This document shows positions 62,594 to 64,000 of a stretch of DNA of 64,000 bases, piece by piece. Both the position numbers and the translations under genes were made by a program. Origin of the DNA: Mobula birostris (Eukaryota); the NCBI RefSeq assembly GCF_030028105.1, contig NC_092394.1, positions 28,130,752-28,194,751 of the forward strand, in the 5' to 3' direction. The first letter of the stretch is position 1. Every line of letters begins with the position of its first letter. Below the pieces are notes generated by a model. That model was not told where the DNA came from, made no database searches, and worked only from the letters and a program-made list of their open reading frames with translations.

Positions 62594-62950
62594 CAAAGTT
62601 TAAAGTGAACTTATTATCAAAGTATGTATACCATATATCACCTCGAGATTCATCTTCTTGCAGGCAGTCACAAAACAAACACAACGGAATTCACGAGAAA
62701 CCACGCACAATGAAGACCAACAAACATTAAACGTGCAAAAGAGGACAAATTGTGCAGGTAATTAAAAAGTAGGCAAATAATGCAGCAAACATGAGCTGTA
62801 GAATCTCCGAGAGCGAGTCCATGGGCTGTGGAGTCTGTTCGGCGCTGAGGCAATAGAAGCCGGTCCAGGAGCCCGATAGCTGCAGGGCAACAACAGCTCC
62901 CGAACCCGGCGGTGTGGAACCCAAGACGCTTGCACCTTCCTGCAATTGTA
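62594..62950 (-). mobile_element. Rex1-like 3'UTR fragment
   Basis: Homologous to 1905-2230 (ttatcaaagtatgtataccatat...gagattc). Confidence 0.6.
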
Positions 62951-63849
62951 GAGAGAGAGATCAGTCAAATCAGGCAGATGGGACGGACTCAGGTGGAGGA
63001 TTTTGGCCGGTGCATAGTAGTTGAACACCAGTTTGTCATCCACTCTTGGGTGTCAACGCTTTAATCTGGCTCGACGTTTAATCGGCGCAGAGTGGTGGAG
63101 ATAAACACCGGTTTGTTAACACTTTCAGATCTCAATGCTTTGATCTTTAAGTGGTCATTAAGGCATACTACCTATTTTTCTTAGGTACTGGGATGGCGCC
63201 AACGAGCAATGCGACCGAGAGTAATGTCCTTCAGGCGGTTCACGAAACTTCTTTCACTTCTGTTACGTCTTCCTTTTTCCTTCAAATGTGATTCTGCTAC
63301 TGCTGGAACCTGCGATCTACATTTGGGTGATGCGTTTTTGGACCGATTGAGCGATCTTACACGTAATGATTTTTACTCTTCATGTTTATGAAGGATGTAA
63401 GTAATAAAGTCAAGTCAAGTCTTTGCTGTCTCTGAGGAGGTTCGATGAGGTTTCGAGGGTAGAGTGCAGACTCAAGGCCAAGAAGCCTGCGGACAGGACG
63501 CTAGTCTGTGATCAACTCCATTTCTCGCCGATTAAAACGTTGAGGAAGATTGAAATCAATGAGGATGAGAGCGGAAGGAAGGCTGGCATGTATTCAGTGA
63601 CATCTACATATGTTCAGTCTCTCTATCCTTCTCGCTCTTTGCTGCCGCAAGATGGTGCCAGGGTCCTGGGTCTTGGGCAAGGCTTAATCAACATGATTTA
63701 TGGATTGGACTCCGTAGTTCATGGAATGATGTGTTTCTGGTTTCTGGTTACTCCTTTTTCTTCGTTGCTATTTTGTGCAATTTTGATTGGGGCGGCCTGC
63801 AGATAATGAATGTTGCGGTGCTGGACTGAACCGGAATGAGCTGAACTGA

Positions 63850-63982
63850 AACAAGAGGAATTCTGCAGATGCTGGAAATTCGAGCAACACACATCAAAGT
63901 TGCTGGTGAACGCAGCAGGCCAGGCAGCATCTCTAGGAAGAGGTACAGTCAACGTTTCAGGCCGAGACCCTTCGTCAGGACT
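63850..63982 (-). mobile_element. PLE pseudo-LTR end with tail
   Basis: Near-identical to the reverse complement of 61904-62037. Confidence 0.88.
63947..63982 (-). ncRNA. Minimal hammerhead motif with GUU triplet
   Basis: Minus strand AGTC-CTGACGA-A-GGG(TCTCGG)CCT-GAAAC-GTT-GACT. Confidence 0.65.
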
Positions 63983-64000
63983 CAGTATGAACTGAATATG

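Overview
Eukaryotic (vertebrate) genomic DNA. The repeat repertoire (CR1, Rex1-like, Penelope-like elements, V-SINE/HE1-like SINEs) suggests a cartilaginous fish, probably a ray; this is an inference. The main feature is a complete PRPF8 gene (U5 snRNP spliceosome core protein) on the minus strand. I read 41 coding exons by eye, from ATG at 57764 to TAG at 18326. All have GT-AG boundaries and stay in frame (7014 nt, 2337 aa), with a poly(A) signal at 18273-18278 and a CpG-rich promoter near 60.6-61.05 kb. Three identical tRNA-Thr(AGT) genes cluster at 6.4-7.6 kb. The rest is transposon debris: CR1, Rex1-like and L1 LINE fragments, Penelope-like elements (PLE), hAT and Tc1 MITEs, SINEs and two LTR relics. 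The most notable hidden signal is a family of 36-nt minimal hammerhead-ribozyme motifs in the PLE pseudo-LTRs (four with an intact core, several decayed), two of them in a fold-back element next to the PRPF8 promoter. Other points of note are one apparently missing PRPF8 intron relative to human, an L-to-S change in a deeply conserved Prp8 motif, and a minisatellite-filled non-autonomous LTR element. Repeat boundaries without TSD support are approximate, and comparisons to human or yeast are from memory and need checking.
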